Source: Scyliorhinus canicula (lineage: Eukaryota). Taken from it: a stretch of 64,000 bases of DNA. Below are positions 50,291 through 61,905 of the stretch, one piece after another. The number at the start of each line of letters is the position of its first letter. Positions within the stretch are counted from its first letter, which is position 1. The notes under the pieces are model-generated. The model searched no databases. It was not told where the DNA came from and saw only the letters and a list, made by a program, of their open reading frames with translations. The translations under genes were made by a program, and so were the position numbers. The stretch is taken from NCBI RefSeq assembly GCF_902713615.1, contig NC_052158.1:39485729-39549728 (forward strand), written 5' to 3'.

Positions 50291-51021
50291 GGGCGCGATT
50301 CTCCGCAAATGCGGAGAGTCGTGAAGGCTGCCGTGAAACCGGCCGTGTTTCACGGCAGCCTCCGCGCCCCCTCCCGGGAGCCGATTCTGCTCCCCGGTCG
50401 GGGCTAGCAACGGGACCCCGTGAACCACGGCATCGCAGGCTTAGCGAACTGTGCTAAGCCCACGCGCCAAAGTTAACGGCGGCTGACGCGCGCGATGACG
50501 TCAGCCGCGCGCGATGACGTCAGCCGCGCATGCGCGGATTGGATAGCTCCAACCCGCGCATCCGCGGATGACGTCATCGTGCACATGCGTGAAACCCGCA
50601 CATGCGCGGGCCGGTATGCCCATCAGCCGTCCCGTGAACTGATCCAGCGGGGCGGCGGAGGAACAAAGAGTGCGCGTGGTTCGGACCCGCTGCCCGCGAT
50701 CGGTGGGCACCGATCACAGGTCCATGGCAATCGCGGCCGTGCCAATCGGTGCCATGGTTACCCAGAACGGCACTTTGTGGCCGTTTTCACGAACGGTGAA
50801 AGCAGGTGTGTTGCCGTTCGTGAAAACGGCCGTAAAGGCCTGGGAAATCGGCCCATCGGCTAGGGGAGAATCGCTGCTCGCCGTAAAAAAACAGCGAGCA
50901 GCGATTCGTGTCGTGGGGCGGGTGTGGGGGGGGGGGGGAGAATAGCGGGAGGTCAGGAAAAATGTCAAAAAGGCCCTCCCGCTATTCTCCGACCGGTCGT
51001 GGGGGGCGGAGAATCGCACCC
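50291..51021. mobile_element. PIF/Harbinger-type MITE A
   Basis: TTA|GGGCGCGATTCTCCG...CGGAGAATCGCACCC|TTA. Confidence 0.85.
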
Positions 51022-51024
51022 TTA

Positions 51025-51581
51025 GAGCGCGATTCTCCGCTGCCACGCAGGTGGGAGAATCGCGGGAGGGCCGCTCTGGCACCCCCTTCCAAAACCGCCG
51101 TTTTTCATGGCAACCCGCGATTCTCCGACCCGGATGGGCCGAGCGGCCTGCCATTCCCGACCGGTTCACGCCGACGGCAACCACACCTGGTCGCTGCCGG
51201 CGTGAACATGGCGTCAGCAGCTGTTTTGTGGCTTGTGGGGTGTGGAGAGGGGAGTGAGCACCACGATCGTGCTCGGGAGGTGACTGGCCCGCGATCGGTG
51301 CCCGCCACATCTTGCGGGGCAGCGGAGGGGAGGACGGCAACCACGAATGCGCGGCTGACGTCATTAGGCGGGCCGGCCGCGTCATTTTCAGCGCGCCAGG
51401 CCAAAAACTCCAGCGAAAAGGCCCCGCGGCCGAGATTTACGGCATGGCCCCCCTAGCCCGCTTGGGGGGGGGGGGGGGGGGGGGAGGGAGGAGAGAATAG
51501 GGGGCAAGGAGCGGCCTCCGATGACGTCGTGAACCTCTCCGGGTTTCATGATGGCGTCGGGCCTTGCGGAGAATTCCGCCC
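51025..51581. mobile_element. PIF/Harbinger-type MITE B
   Basis: TTA|GAGCGCGATTCTCCG...CGGAGAATTCCGCCC|TTA. Confidence 0.85.
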
Positions 51582-51608
51582 TTAGAGAGGAATTAGCTGA
51601 ACCCAGAT

Positions 51609-51903
51609 GGCCTGGTGGCACAGTGGTTAGCACTGCTGCCTCACAGAACCAGGGACCCGAATTTAGTTCCACCCTTGGGTGACTAGGTTGTGTTTGCTCT
51701 TCCTCCTTGTGTCTGCATGAGTTTCCTGCGGGTACTCCAGTTTCCTCCCACTGTCCAAAGATGCTCAGGTTAGGTGGATTTGCCCTGCTAAATTGCCCCT
51801 TAGTGCCCAAAGATTGGATGCAATCACAGGGATGGGGAGCGGGCCTCGGTAGGATCAGTGTAGGGATGATGGGCTGAATGGCCTCTTTCTGCACTGTTCT
51901 ATG
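51609..51903 (+). mobile_element. V-SINE
   Basis: GGCACAGTGGTTAGCACTGCTGCCTCAC head; GGTTAGGTGGATTTGCCCTGCTAAATTGCCC V-domain. Confidence 0.75.
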
Positions 51904-52125
51904 AACTCGCTGGGAAGGTCGGCTTGATGATCGGTTCCTCTTCTCATTCCTGATGCTCATAAATAGAACTGAGGCCAAAATAATCCATTATCTCATGAAT
52001 CGTAAAACAGACTGAATAGACTGTATATATTGCATATATTGCATGTAGACGTACGCACACACACACACACAGATGCATGCACATACATAATCACACACAC
52101 ACACACATCCAGTACTGTTCCTTAC

Positions 52126-52404
52126 CCCACTGATGGAGCTTGGGCTCTGCCAGGCTGCTGTGTTCAATTTGACAGGAGTATTGATCCTCATCCCCAGCAT
52201 TTATTTCAATCTCTTTCTGGATCTGATGGCTCCCATCGTGGTTCGGTCGAAGCCCCGAGGATTGTGTCTCAGACATTACCTCTCCATTCCTTAGCCAGGT
52301 CACCTCGATGTCTACAGGATAAAACCCAGTAACCAGGCAGGAGAGAGTGAGCGGCTTGTACTGACTATTGGCCTCACTTCTGGAGATGAAGACTTCAGGC
52401 TGAA
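52126..52404 (-). CDS. MHC class I-like gene, alpha3 (Ig C1) exon (279 nt)
   Basis: TTTCCCATTACAG acceptor, GTAAG donor; LSCLVTGFYPVDIEVTW...PNHDGSHQ...YSCQIEHSSL with both Ig cysteines and the Trp. Confidence 0.96.
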
Positions 52405-52520
52405 CTGTAATGGGAAAGGGTGAAAACACAAACAATAGACAGACACTGAATGGAATGGGAGAACGGTTTGATAGATCAGTGAAGTTAGATCAGAACATGG
52501 ATCAAAACTCAAATCAATAC

Positions 52521-52796
52521 CTTTCCGTCCAAAATATTCCTTTCCAGCTTGTAAATATCTGTTCAAATGTTGAACAAATATTCCTTGAAGATATGTTTCC
52601 CAGTAGCTGTTCCAGGATTGATCCGAATCCCATTTCTCTTTAGTCTTCACTGCGATGTGATTGGTTGCGACCCATCTCTTTGTGTCTGGCTCTAAACTAA
52701 TAAAGTCCTTTCCATCAAATCCAAACCTCATCGATCTCCGAATGGAGCCGTCTTCAGTGACCTCGACATACCACATCCATTGAAGAGTGTGGATTC
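52521..52796 (-). CDS. MHC class I-like gene, alpha2 exon (276 nt)
   Basis: TTGTTCACTGACAG acceptor, GT donor at 52520-52519; canonical 92-codon size; G-IHTLQ...FGFDGKDFISL...W...TKEKW...YLQG...YLQAGKE. Confidence 0.95.
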
Positions 52797-53348
52797 CTGT
52801 CAGTGAACAAACAGGGATCAATAATCAATATGGAATAGTTAATGGACAATCACAAACATTCTGATCAGAGGGGAAGGTGTCTGAATCATCCCAGATTTCA
52901 CAAAGGAGGTTTTACCCATCAGCCTCTTTTCCTGCAGTATGATCCCATTCCCACCTCATTAATTATTAATCCATTGGGAACATACCGGATCGCTGGAAGG
53001 CCAGCTCAGCTTCTCCTGCCCATCAACATCTCAGGCCTTCAGTAACCCTGACACCATATTTAAAGGGTGCTCCTGCTCAGAGCTCCCTCCCTATGGGATA
53101 GGAAGCTGCTGGAAGATCATGGCTGCCAAGGGGAGGAACATGCTGCCCCACAATTTAGCGACGCCTCCCGCATGCCCACTGAGTATAAAGAGACCCGAGT
53201 CAGAGCGGAGACGAGCCAACAAGGTCACAAATCCAGCAGGGGAGGGGATCCACTGATGAAAGAGAATGGATAATCTCGTCCATTCTGCCAGAGCTGCATT
53301 ATAGCCGTGTTAAAGCTCTATTATAGAGTGCTATAGCTGTTTCACAGC

Positions 53349-56300
53349 TGCAGTGTCCCAGGGGTCAGTGCTGGGGGAATGAGTGCAGTGTCCCAGGGGT
53401 CAGTGCTGGGGGATGGACTGAGTGCAGTGTCCCAGGGGTCAGTGCTGGGGGACTGAGTGCAGTGTCCCAGGGGTCAGTGCTGGGAGATGGACTGAGTGCA
53501 GTGTCCCAGGGGTCAGTGCTGGGGGACTGAGTGCCGTGTCCCAGGGGTCAGTGCTGGGAGATTGACTGAGTGCAGTGTCCCAGGGGCCAGTGCTGGGGGA
53601 TGAGTGCAGTGTCCCGGGGGACTGAGTGCAGTGTCCCAGGGGTCAGTGCTGGGGGACTGAGTGCAGTGTCCCAGGGGTCAGTGCTGGGGGACTGAGTGCA
53701 GTGTCCCAGGGGTCAGTGCTGGGATACTGAGTGCAGTGTCCCAGGGGTCAGTGCTGGGTGATGGACTGAGTGCAGTGAGCCAGGGGTCAGGGCTGGGATA
53801 CTGAGTGGAGTGTCCCAGGGGTCAGTGCTGGGGGACTGAGTGCAGTGACCCAGGGGTCAGTGCTGGGGGATGAGTGCAGTGAGCCAGGGGTCAGTGCTGG
53901 GATACTGAGTGGAGTGTCCCAGGGGTCAGTGCTGGGGGACTGAGTGCAGTGTCCCAGGGGTCAGTGCTGGGGGACTGAGTGCAGTGTCCCAGGGGTCAGT
54001 GCTGGGGGACTGAGTGCAGTGTCCCAGGGGTCAGTGCTGGGGGACTGAGTGCAGTGTCCCAGGGGTCAGTGCTGGGAGATGGACTGAGTGCAATGGCCCA
54101 GGGGCCAGTGCTGGGGGACTGAGTGCAGTGACCCAGGGATCAGTGCCGGGGGACAGAGTGCAGTGTCCCAGGGGTCAGTGCTGGGGGACTGAGTGCAATG
54201 ACCCAGGGGCCAGTGCTGGGAGATCGACTGAGTGCAATGACCCAGGGGTCAGTGCTGGGGGTCTGAGTGCAGTGCCCCAGGGGTCAGTGCTGGCAGATGG
54301 ACTGAGTGCAGTGTCCCAGGGGTCAGTGCTGGGGGTCTGAGTGCAGTGACCCAGGGGCCAGTGCTGGGAGATGGACTGAGTGCAGTGTCCCAGGGGTCAG
54401 TGCTGGGGGTCTGAGTGCAGTGCCCCAGGGGTCAGTGCTGGGGGACAGAGTGCAGTGTCCGAGTGGTCAGGGCAGTGGGACTGTGCAGTGTCCCAGGGGT
54501 CAGTGCTGGGGGACTGAGTGCAGTGTCCCAGGGGTCAGTCCTGGGGGACTGAGTGCAGTGATCCAGGGGTCAGTGCAGGGGGACTGAGTGCAGTGTCCCA
54601 GGGGTCAGTGCTGGGGGACTGAGTGCAGTGACCCAGGGGTCAGTGCTGGGGGACTGAGTGCAGTGTCCCAGGGGTCAGTGCTGGGGGACTGAGTGCAGTG
54701 TTCCAGGGGTCAGTGCTGGGGGACTGAGTGCAGTGTCCCAGGGGTCAGTGCTGGGGGACTGAGTGCAGTGTTCCAGGGGTCAGTGCTGGGGGACTGAGTG
54801 CAGTGTCCCAGGGGTCAGTGCTGGGGGACTGAGTGCAGTGTTCCAGGGGTCAGTGCTGGGGGACTGAGTGCAGTGTCCCAGGGGTCAGTGCTGGGGGACT
54901 GAGTGCAGTGTCCCAGGGGTCAGTGCTGGGGGATGGACTGAGTGCAGTGTCCCAGGGGTCAGTGCTGGGGGACTGTGCAGTGTCCCAGGGGTCAGTGCTG
55001 GGGGTCTGAGTGCAGTGCCCCAGGGGTCAGTGCTGGGGGACAGAGTGCAGTGTCCGAGGGGTCAGGGCAGGGGGACTGAGTGCAGTGTCCCAGGGGTCAG
55101 TGCTGGGGGACTGAGTGCAGTGTCCCAGGGGTCAGTGCTGGGGGACTGAGTGCAGTGACCCAGGGGTCAGTGCTGGGGGACTGAGTGCAGTGTCCCAGGG
55201 GTCAGTGCTGGGGGACTGAGTGCAGTGTCCCAGGGGTCAGTGCTGGGGGACTGAGTGCAGTGTCCCAGGGGTCAGTGCTGGGGGACTGAGTGCAGTGTCC
55301 TAGGGGTCAGTGCTGGGGGATGGACTGAGTGCAGTGTCCCAGGGGTCAGTGCTGGGGGACTGAGTGCAGTGTCCCAGGGGTCAGTGCTGGGGGATGGGCT
55401 GAGTGCAGTGTCCCAGGGGTCAGTGCTGGGGGATGGACTGAGTGCAGTGTCCCAGGGGTCAGTGCTGGAGGATGGACTGAGTGCAGTGCCCCAGGGGTCA
55501 GTGCTGGGGGACTGAGTGCAGTGTCCCAGGGGTCAGTGCTGGGAGACTGAGTGCAGTGTCGCAGGGGTCAGTGCTGTGGGACTGAGTGCCGTGTCCCAGG
55601 GGTCAGTGCTGGGGGACTGAGTGCAGTGTCCCAGGGGTCAGTGCTGGGGGACTGAGTGCAGTGTCCCAGGGGTCAGTGCTGGGGGACTGAGTGCAGTGTC
55701 CCAGGGGTCAGTGCTGGGGGACTGAGTGCAGTGTCCCAGGGGCCAGTGCTGGGGGATGAGTGCAGTGTCCCAGGGGTCAGTGCTGGGGGACTGAGTGCAG
55801 TGTCCCAGGGGTCAGTGCTGGGAGACTGAGTGCAGTGTCCCAGGGGTCAGTGCTGGGAGATGGACTGAGTGCAGTGACCCAGGGGTCAGTGCTGGGGGAC
55901 TGAGTGCAGTGTCCCAGGGGTCAGTGCTGGGGGATGAGTGCAGTGAGCCAGGGGTCAGTGCTGGGATACTGAGTGGAGTGTCCCAGGGGTCAGTGCTGGG
56001 GGACTGAGTGCAGTGTCCCAGGGGTCAGTGCTGGGGGACTGAGTGCAGTGTCCCAGGGGTCAGTGCTGGGGGACTGAGTGCAGTGTCCCAGGGGTCAGTG
56101 CTGGGGGACTGAGTGCAGTGTCCCAGGGGTCAGTGCTGGGAGATGGACTGAGTGCAATGGCCCAGGGGCCAGTGCTGGGGGACTGAGTGCAGTGACCCAG
56201 GGATCAGTGCCGGGGGACAGAGTGCAATGACCCAGGGGCCAGTGCTGGGAGATCGACTGAGTGCAATGACCCAGGGGTCAGTGCTGGGGGTCTGAGTGCA

Positions 56301-59300
56301 GTGCCCCAGGGGTCAGTGCTGGCAGATGGACTGAGTGCAGTGTCCCAGGGGTCAGTGCTGGGGGTCTGAGTGCAGTGACCCAGGGGCCAGTGCTGGGAGA
56401 TGGACTGAGTGCAGTGTTTCCAGGGGTCAGTGCTGGGGGTCTGAGTGCAGTGCCCCAGGGGTCAGTGCTGGGGGACAGAGTGCAGTGCCCCAGGGGTCAG
56501 TGCTGGGGGACAGAGTGCAGTGTCCGAGTGGTCAGGGCAGGGGGACTGTGCAGTGTCCCAGGGGTCAGTGCTGGGGGACTGAGTGCAGTGTCCCAGGGGT
56601 CAGTCCTGGGGAACTGAGTGCAGTGATCCAGGGGTCAGTGCAGGGGGACTGAGTGCAGTGTCCCAGGGGTCAGTGCTGGGGGACTGAGTGCAGTGACCCA
56701 GGGGTCAGTGCTGGGGGACTGAGTGCAGTGTCCCAGGGGTCAGTGCTGGGGTACTGAGTGCAGTGTTCCAGGGGTCAGTGCTGGGGGACTGAGTGCAGTG
56801 TCCCAGGGGTCAGTGCTGGGGGACTGAGTGCAGTGTTCCAGGGGTCAGTGCTGGGGGACTGAGTGCAGTGTCCCAGGGGTCAGTGCTGGGGTACTGAGTG
56901 CAGTGTTCCAGGGGTCAGTGCTGGGGGACTGAGTGCAGTGTCCCAGGGGTCAGTGCTGGGGGACTGAGTGCAGTGTCCCAGGGGTCAGTGCTGGCGGATG
57001 GACAGAGTGCAGTGTCCCAGGGGTCAGTGCTGGGGGACTGTGCAGTGTCCCAGGGGTCAGTGCTGGGGGTCTGAGTGCAGTGCCCCAGGGGTCAGTGCTG
57101 GGGGACAGAGTGCAGTGTCCGAGTGGTCAGGGCAGGGGGACTGAGTGCAGTGTCCCAGGGGTCAGTGCTGGGGGACTGAGTGCAGTGTCCCAGGGGTCAG
57201 TGCTGGGGGACTGAGTGCAGTGACCCAGGGGTCAGTGCTGGGGGACTGAGTGCAGTGTCCCAGGGGTCAGTGCTGGGGGACTGAGTGCAGTGTCCCAGGG
57301 GTCAGTGCTGGGGGACTGAGTGCAGTGTCCCAGGGGTCAGTGCTGGGGGACTGAGTGCAGTGTCCTAGGGGTCAGTGCTGGGGGATGGACTGAGTGCAGT
57401 GTCCCAGGGGTCAGTGCTGGGGGACTGAGTGCAGTGTCCCAGGGGTCAGTGCTGGGGGATGGGCTGAGTGCAGTGTCCCAGGGGTCAGTGCTGGGGGATG
57501 GACTGAGTGCAGTGTCCCAGGGGTCAGTGCTGGAGGATGGACTGAGTGCAGTGCCCCAGGGGTCAGTGCTGGGGGACTGAGTGCAGTGTCGCAGGGGTCA
57601 GTGCTGTGGGACTGAGTGCCGTGTCCCAGGGGTCAGTGCTGGGGGACTGAGTGCAGTGCCCCAGGGGTCAGTGCTGGGGGACTGAGTGCAGTGTCCCAGG
57701 GGTCAGTGCTGGGAGACTGAGTGCAGTGTCGCAGGGGTCAGTGCTGTGGGACTGAGTGCCGTGTCCCAGGGGTCAGTGCTGGGGGACTGAGTGCAGTGCC
57801 CCAGGGGTCAGTGCTGGGGGACTGAGTGCAGTGTCCCAGGGGTCAGTGCTGGGGGACTGAGTGCAGTGTCCCAGGGGTCAGTGCTGGGGGACTGAGTGCA
57901 GTGTCCCAGGGGCCAGTGCTGGGGGATGAGTGCAGTGTCCCAGGGGTCAGTGCTGGGGGACTGAGTGCAGTGTCCCAGGGGTCAGTGCTGGGATACTGAG
58001 TGCAGTGTCCCAGGGGTCAGTGCTGGGTGATGGACTGAGTGCAGTGACCCAGGGGTCAGTGCTGGGGGACTGAGTGCAGTGTCCCAGGGGTCAGTGCTGG
58101 GGGATGAGTGCAGTGAGCCAGGGGTCAGTGCTGGGATACTGAGTGGAGTGTCCCAGGGGTCAGTGCTGGGGGACTGAGTGCAGTGTCCCAGGGGTCAGTG
58201 CTGGGGGACTGAGTGCAGTGTCCCAGGGGTCAGTGCTGGGGGACTGAGTGCAGTGTCCCAGGGGTCAGTGCTGGGGGACTGAGTGCAGTGTCCCAGGGGT
58301 CAGTGCTGGGAGATGGACTGAGTGCAATGGCCCAGGGGCCAGTGCTGGGGGACTGAGTGCAGTGACCCAGGGATCAGTGCCGGGGGACAGAGAGCAATGA
58401 CCCAGGGGCCAGTGCTGGGAGATCGACTGAGTGCAATGACCCAGGGGTCAGTGCTGGGGGTCTGAGTGCAGTGCCCCAGGGGTCAGTGCTGGCAGATGGA
58501 CTGAGTGCAGTGTCCCAGGGGTCAGTGCTGGGGGTCTGAGTGCAGTGACCCAGGGGCCAGTGCTGGGAGATGGACTGAGTGCAGTGTCCCAGGGGTCAGT
58601 GCTGGGGGTCTGAGTGCAGTGCCCCAGGGGTCAGTGCTGGGGGACAGAGTGCAGTGTCCGAGTGGTCAGGGCAGGGGGACTGTGCAGTGTCCCAGGGGTC
58701 AGTGCTGGGGGACTGAGTGCAGTGTCCCAGGGGTCAGTCCTGGGGAACTGAGTGCAGTGATCCAGGGGTCAGTGCAGGGGGACTGAGTGCAGTGTCCCAG
58801 GGGTCAGTGCTGGGGGACTGAGTGCAGTGACCCAGGGGTCAGTGCTGGGGGACTGAGTGCAGTGTCCCAGGGGTCAGTGCTGGGGTACTGAGTGCAGTGT
58901 CCCAGGGGTCAGTGCTGGGGGACTGAGTGCAGTGTCCCAGGGGTCACTGCTGGGGGACTGAGTGCAGTGTTCCAGGGGTCAGTGCTGGGGGACTGAGTGC
59001 AGTGTCCCAGGGGTCAGTGCTGGGGGACTGAGTGCAGTGTTCCAGGGGTCAGTGCTGGGGGACTGAGTGCAGTGTCCCAGGGGTCAGTGCTGGGGGACTG
59101 AGTGCAGTGTTCCAGGGGTCAGTGCTGGGGGACTGAGTGCAGTGTCCCAGGGGTCAGTGCTGGCGGATGGACTGAGTGCAATGACCCAGGGGTCAGTGCT
59201 GTGAGATGGACTGAGTGCAGTGTCACAGGGGTCAGTGCTGGGGGACAGAGTGCAGTGACTCAGGGGTCAGTGCTGGGGGACTGAGTGCAGTGTCCCAGGG

Positions 59301-61805
59301 GTCAGTGCTGGGGACTGAGTGCAGTGTCCCAGGGGTCAGTGCAGGGGAATGGACTGACTGCAGTGTCCCAGGGGTCAGTGCTGGGGGACTGTGCAGTGTC
59401 CCAGGGGTCAGTGCTGGGGGTCTGAGTGCAGTGCCCCAGGGGTCAGTGCTGGGGGACAGAGTGCAGTGTCCGAGTGGTCAGGGCAGGGGGACTGTGCAGT
59501 GTCCCAGGGGGTCAGTGCTGGGAGACTGAGTGCAGTGTCCCAGGGGTCAGTGCTGGGGAACTGAGTGCAGTGTCCCAGGGGTCAGTGCTGGGGGACTGAG
59601 TGCAGTGACCCAGGGGTCAGTGCTGGGGGACTGAGTGCAGTGTCCCAGGGGTCAGTGCTGGGGGACAGAGTGCAGTGTTCCAGGGGTCAGTGCTGGGAGA
59701 TGGACTGAGTGCAGTGTCCCAGGGGTCAGTGCTGGGGGACTGAGTGCAGTGTCCCAGGGGTCAGTGCTGGGGGACTGAGTGCAGTGTCCTAGGGGTCAGT
59801 ACTGGGGATGGACTGAGTGCAGTGTCCCAGGGGTCAGTGCTGGGGGACTGAGTGCAGTGTCCCAGGGGTCAGTGCTGGGAGACTGAGTGCAGTGTCGCAG
59901 GGGTCAGTGCTGTGGGACTGAGTGCCGTGTCCCAGGGGTCAGTGCTGGGGGACTGAGTGCAGCGTCCCAGGGGTCAGTGCTGGGGGACTGAGTGCAGTGT
60001 CCCAGGGGTCAGTGCTGGGGGACTGAGTGCAGTGTCCCACGGGTCAGTGCTGGGTGATGGACTGAGTGCAGTGACCCAGGGGTCAGTGCTGGGGGATGAG
60101 TGCAGTGAGCCAGGGGTCAGTGCTGGGGGACTGAGTGGAGTGTCCCAGGGGTCAGTGCTGGGGGACTGAGTGCAGTGTCCCAGGGGTCAGTGCTGGGATA
60201 CTGAGTGCAGTGTCCCAGGGGTCAGTGCTGGGATACTGAGTGCAGTGTCCCAGGGGTCAGTGCTGGGGGACAAAATGCAGTGTCCCAGGGGTCATTGCTG
60301 GGAGATGGACTGAGTGCAATGACCCAGGGGCCAGTGCTGGGGGACTGAGTGCAGTGACCCAGGGGTCAGTGCCGGGGGACAGAGTGCAGTGTCCCAGGGG
60401 TCAGTGCTGGGGGACTGAGTGCAGTGACCCAGGGGTCAGTGCCGGGGGACAGAGTGCAGTGACCCAGGGGCCAGTGCTGGGAGATGGACTGAGTGCAATG
60501 ACCCAGGGGTCAGTGCTGGGGGTCTGAGTGCAGTGCCCCAGGGGTCAGTGCTGGGAGATGGACTGAGTGCAGTGTCCCAGGGGTCAGTGCTGGGGGTCTG
60601 AGTGCAGTGTCCCAGGGGTCAGTGCTGGGGGACAGAGTGCAGTGTTCCAGGGGTCAGTGCTGGGAGATGGACTGAGTGCAGTGTTCCAGGGGTCAGTGCT
60701 GGGGGACTGAGTGCAGTGTCCTAGGGGTCAGTACTGGGGATGGACTGAGTGCAGTGTCCCAGGGGTCAGTGCTGGGGGACTGAGTGCAGTGTCCCAGGGG
60801 TCAGTGCTGGGGGATGGACTGAGTGCAGTGTCCCAGGGGTCAGTGCTGGAGGATGGACTGAGTGCAGTGCCCCAGGGGTCAGTGCTGGGGGACTGAGTGC
60901 AGTGTCCCAGGGGTCAGTGCTGGGAGACTGAGTGCAGTGTCGCAGGGGTCAGTGCTGGGGGACTGAGTGCAGTGCCCCAGGGGTCAGTGCTGTGGGACTG
61001 AGTGCCGTGTCCCAGGGGTCAGTGCTGGGGGACTGAGTGCAGTGCCCCAGGGGTCAGTGCTGGGGGACTGAGTGCAGTGTCCCAGGGGTCAGTGCTGGGG
61101 GACTGTGTGCAGTGTCCCAGGGGTCAGTGCTGGGGGACTGAGTGCAGTGTCCCAGGGGCCAGTGCTGGGGGATGAGTGCAGTGTCCCGGGGGACTGAGTG
61201 CAGTGTCCCAGGGGTCAGTGCTGGGGGACTGAGTGCAGTGTCCCAGGGGTCAGTGCTGGGATACTGAGTGCAGTGTCCCAGGGGTCAGTGCTGGGGGACA
61301 AAATGCAGTGTCCCAGGGGTCAGTGCTGGGTGATGGACTGAGTGCAGTGACCCAGGGGTCAGTGCTGGGGGACTGAGTGCAGTGTCCCAGGGGTCAGTGC
61401 TGGGGGATGAGTGCAGTGTCCCAGGGGTCAGTGCTGGGGGACTGAGTGCAGTGTCCCAGGGGTCAGTGCTGGGGGACTGAGTGCAGTGTCCCAGGGGTCA
61501 GTGCTGGGGGACTGAGTGCAGTGTCCCAGGGGTCAGTGCTGGGGGACAAAATGCAGTGTCCCAGGGGTCAGTGCTGGGATACTGAGTGCAGTGTCCCAGG
61601 GGTCAGTGCTGGGGGACAAAATGCAGTGTCCCAGGGGTCAGTGCTGGGAGATGGACTGAGTGCAATGGCCCAGGGGCCAGTGCTGGGGGACTGAGTGCAG
61701 TGACCCAGGGATCAGTGCCGGGGGACAGAGTGCAGTGTCCCAGGGGTCAGTGCTGGGGGATGGACTGTGCAGTGTCCCAGGGGTCAGTGCTGGGGGACTG
61801 AGTGC
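53349..61805 (+). repeat. 35-bp (35/39-bp variants) satellite, about 235 copies, with ~2.1-kb higher-order structure, upstream of the alpha2 exon
   Basis: Unit GTGCAGTGTCCCAGGGGTCAGTGCTGGGGGACTGA; variant patterns recur at a 2065-bp offset (54868/56933, 55255/57320, 55329/57394). Confidence 0.98.
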
Positions 61806-61905
61806 NNNNNNNNNNNNNNNNNNNNNNNNNNNNNNNNNNNNNNNNNNNNNNNNNNNNNNNNNNNNNNNNNNNNNNNNNNNNNNNNNNNNNNNNNNNNNNN
61901 NNNNN
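61806..61905. other. Assembly gap (100 N)
   Basis: Run of N; array orientation flips across it. Confidence 1.

Noticed and set aside
49169-51456. Overlapping GC-rich ORFs of 60-244 aa
   Set aside because: Inside non-autonomous MITEs, stop-poor because of high GC, with no transposase motifs.
52091-52821. ORFs 52312-52821 and 52091-52435 as two stand-alone proteins
   Set aside because: Each is one class I exon read through into intron; splice sites define 276-nt and 279-nt exons.
52797-53348. Possible alpha1 exon just upstream of alpha2
   Set aside because: No class I alpha1-like ~270-nt open segment with suitable splice sites was seen.
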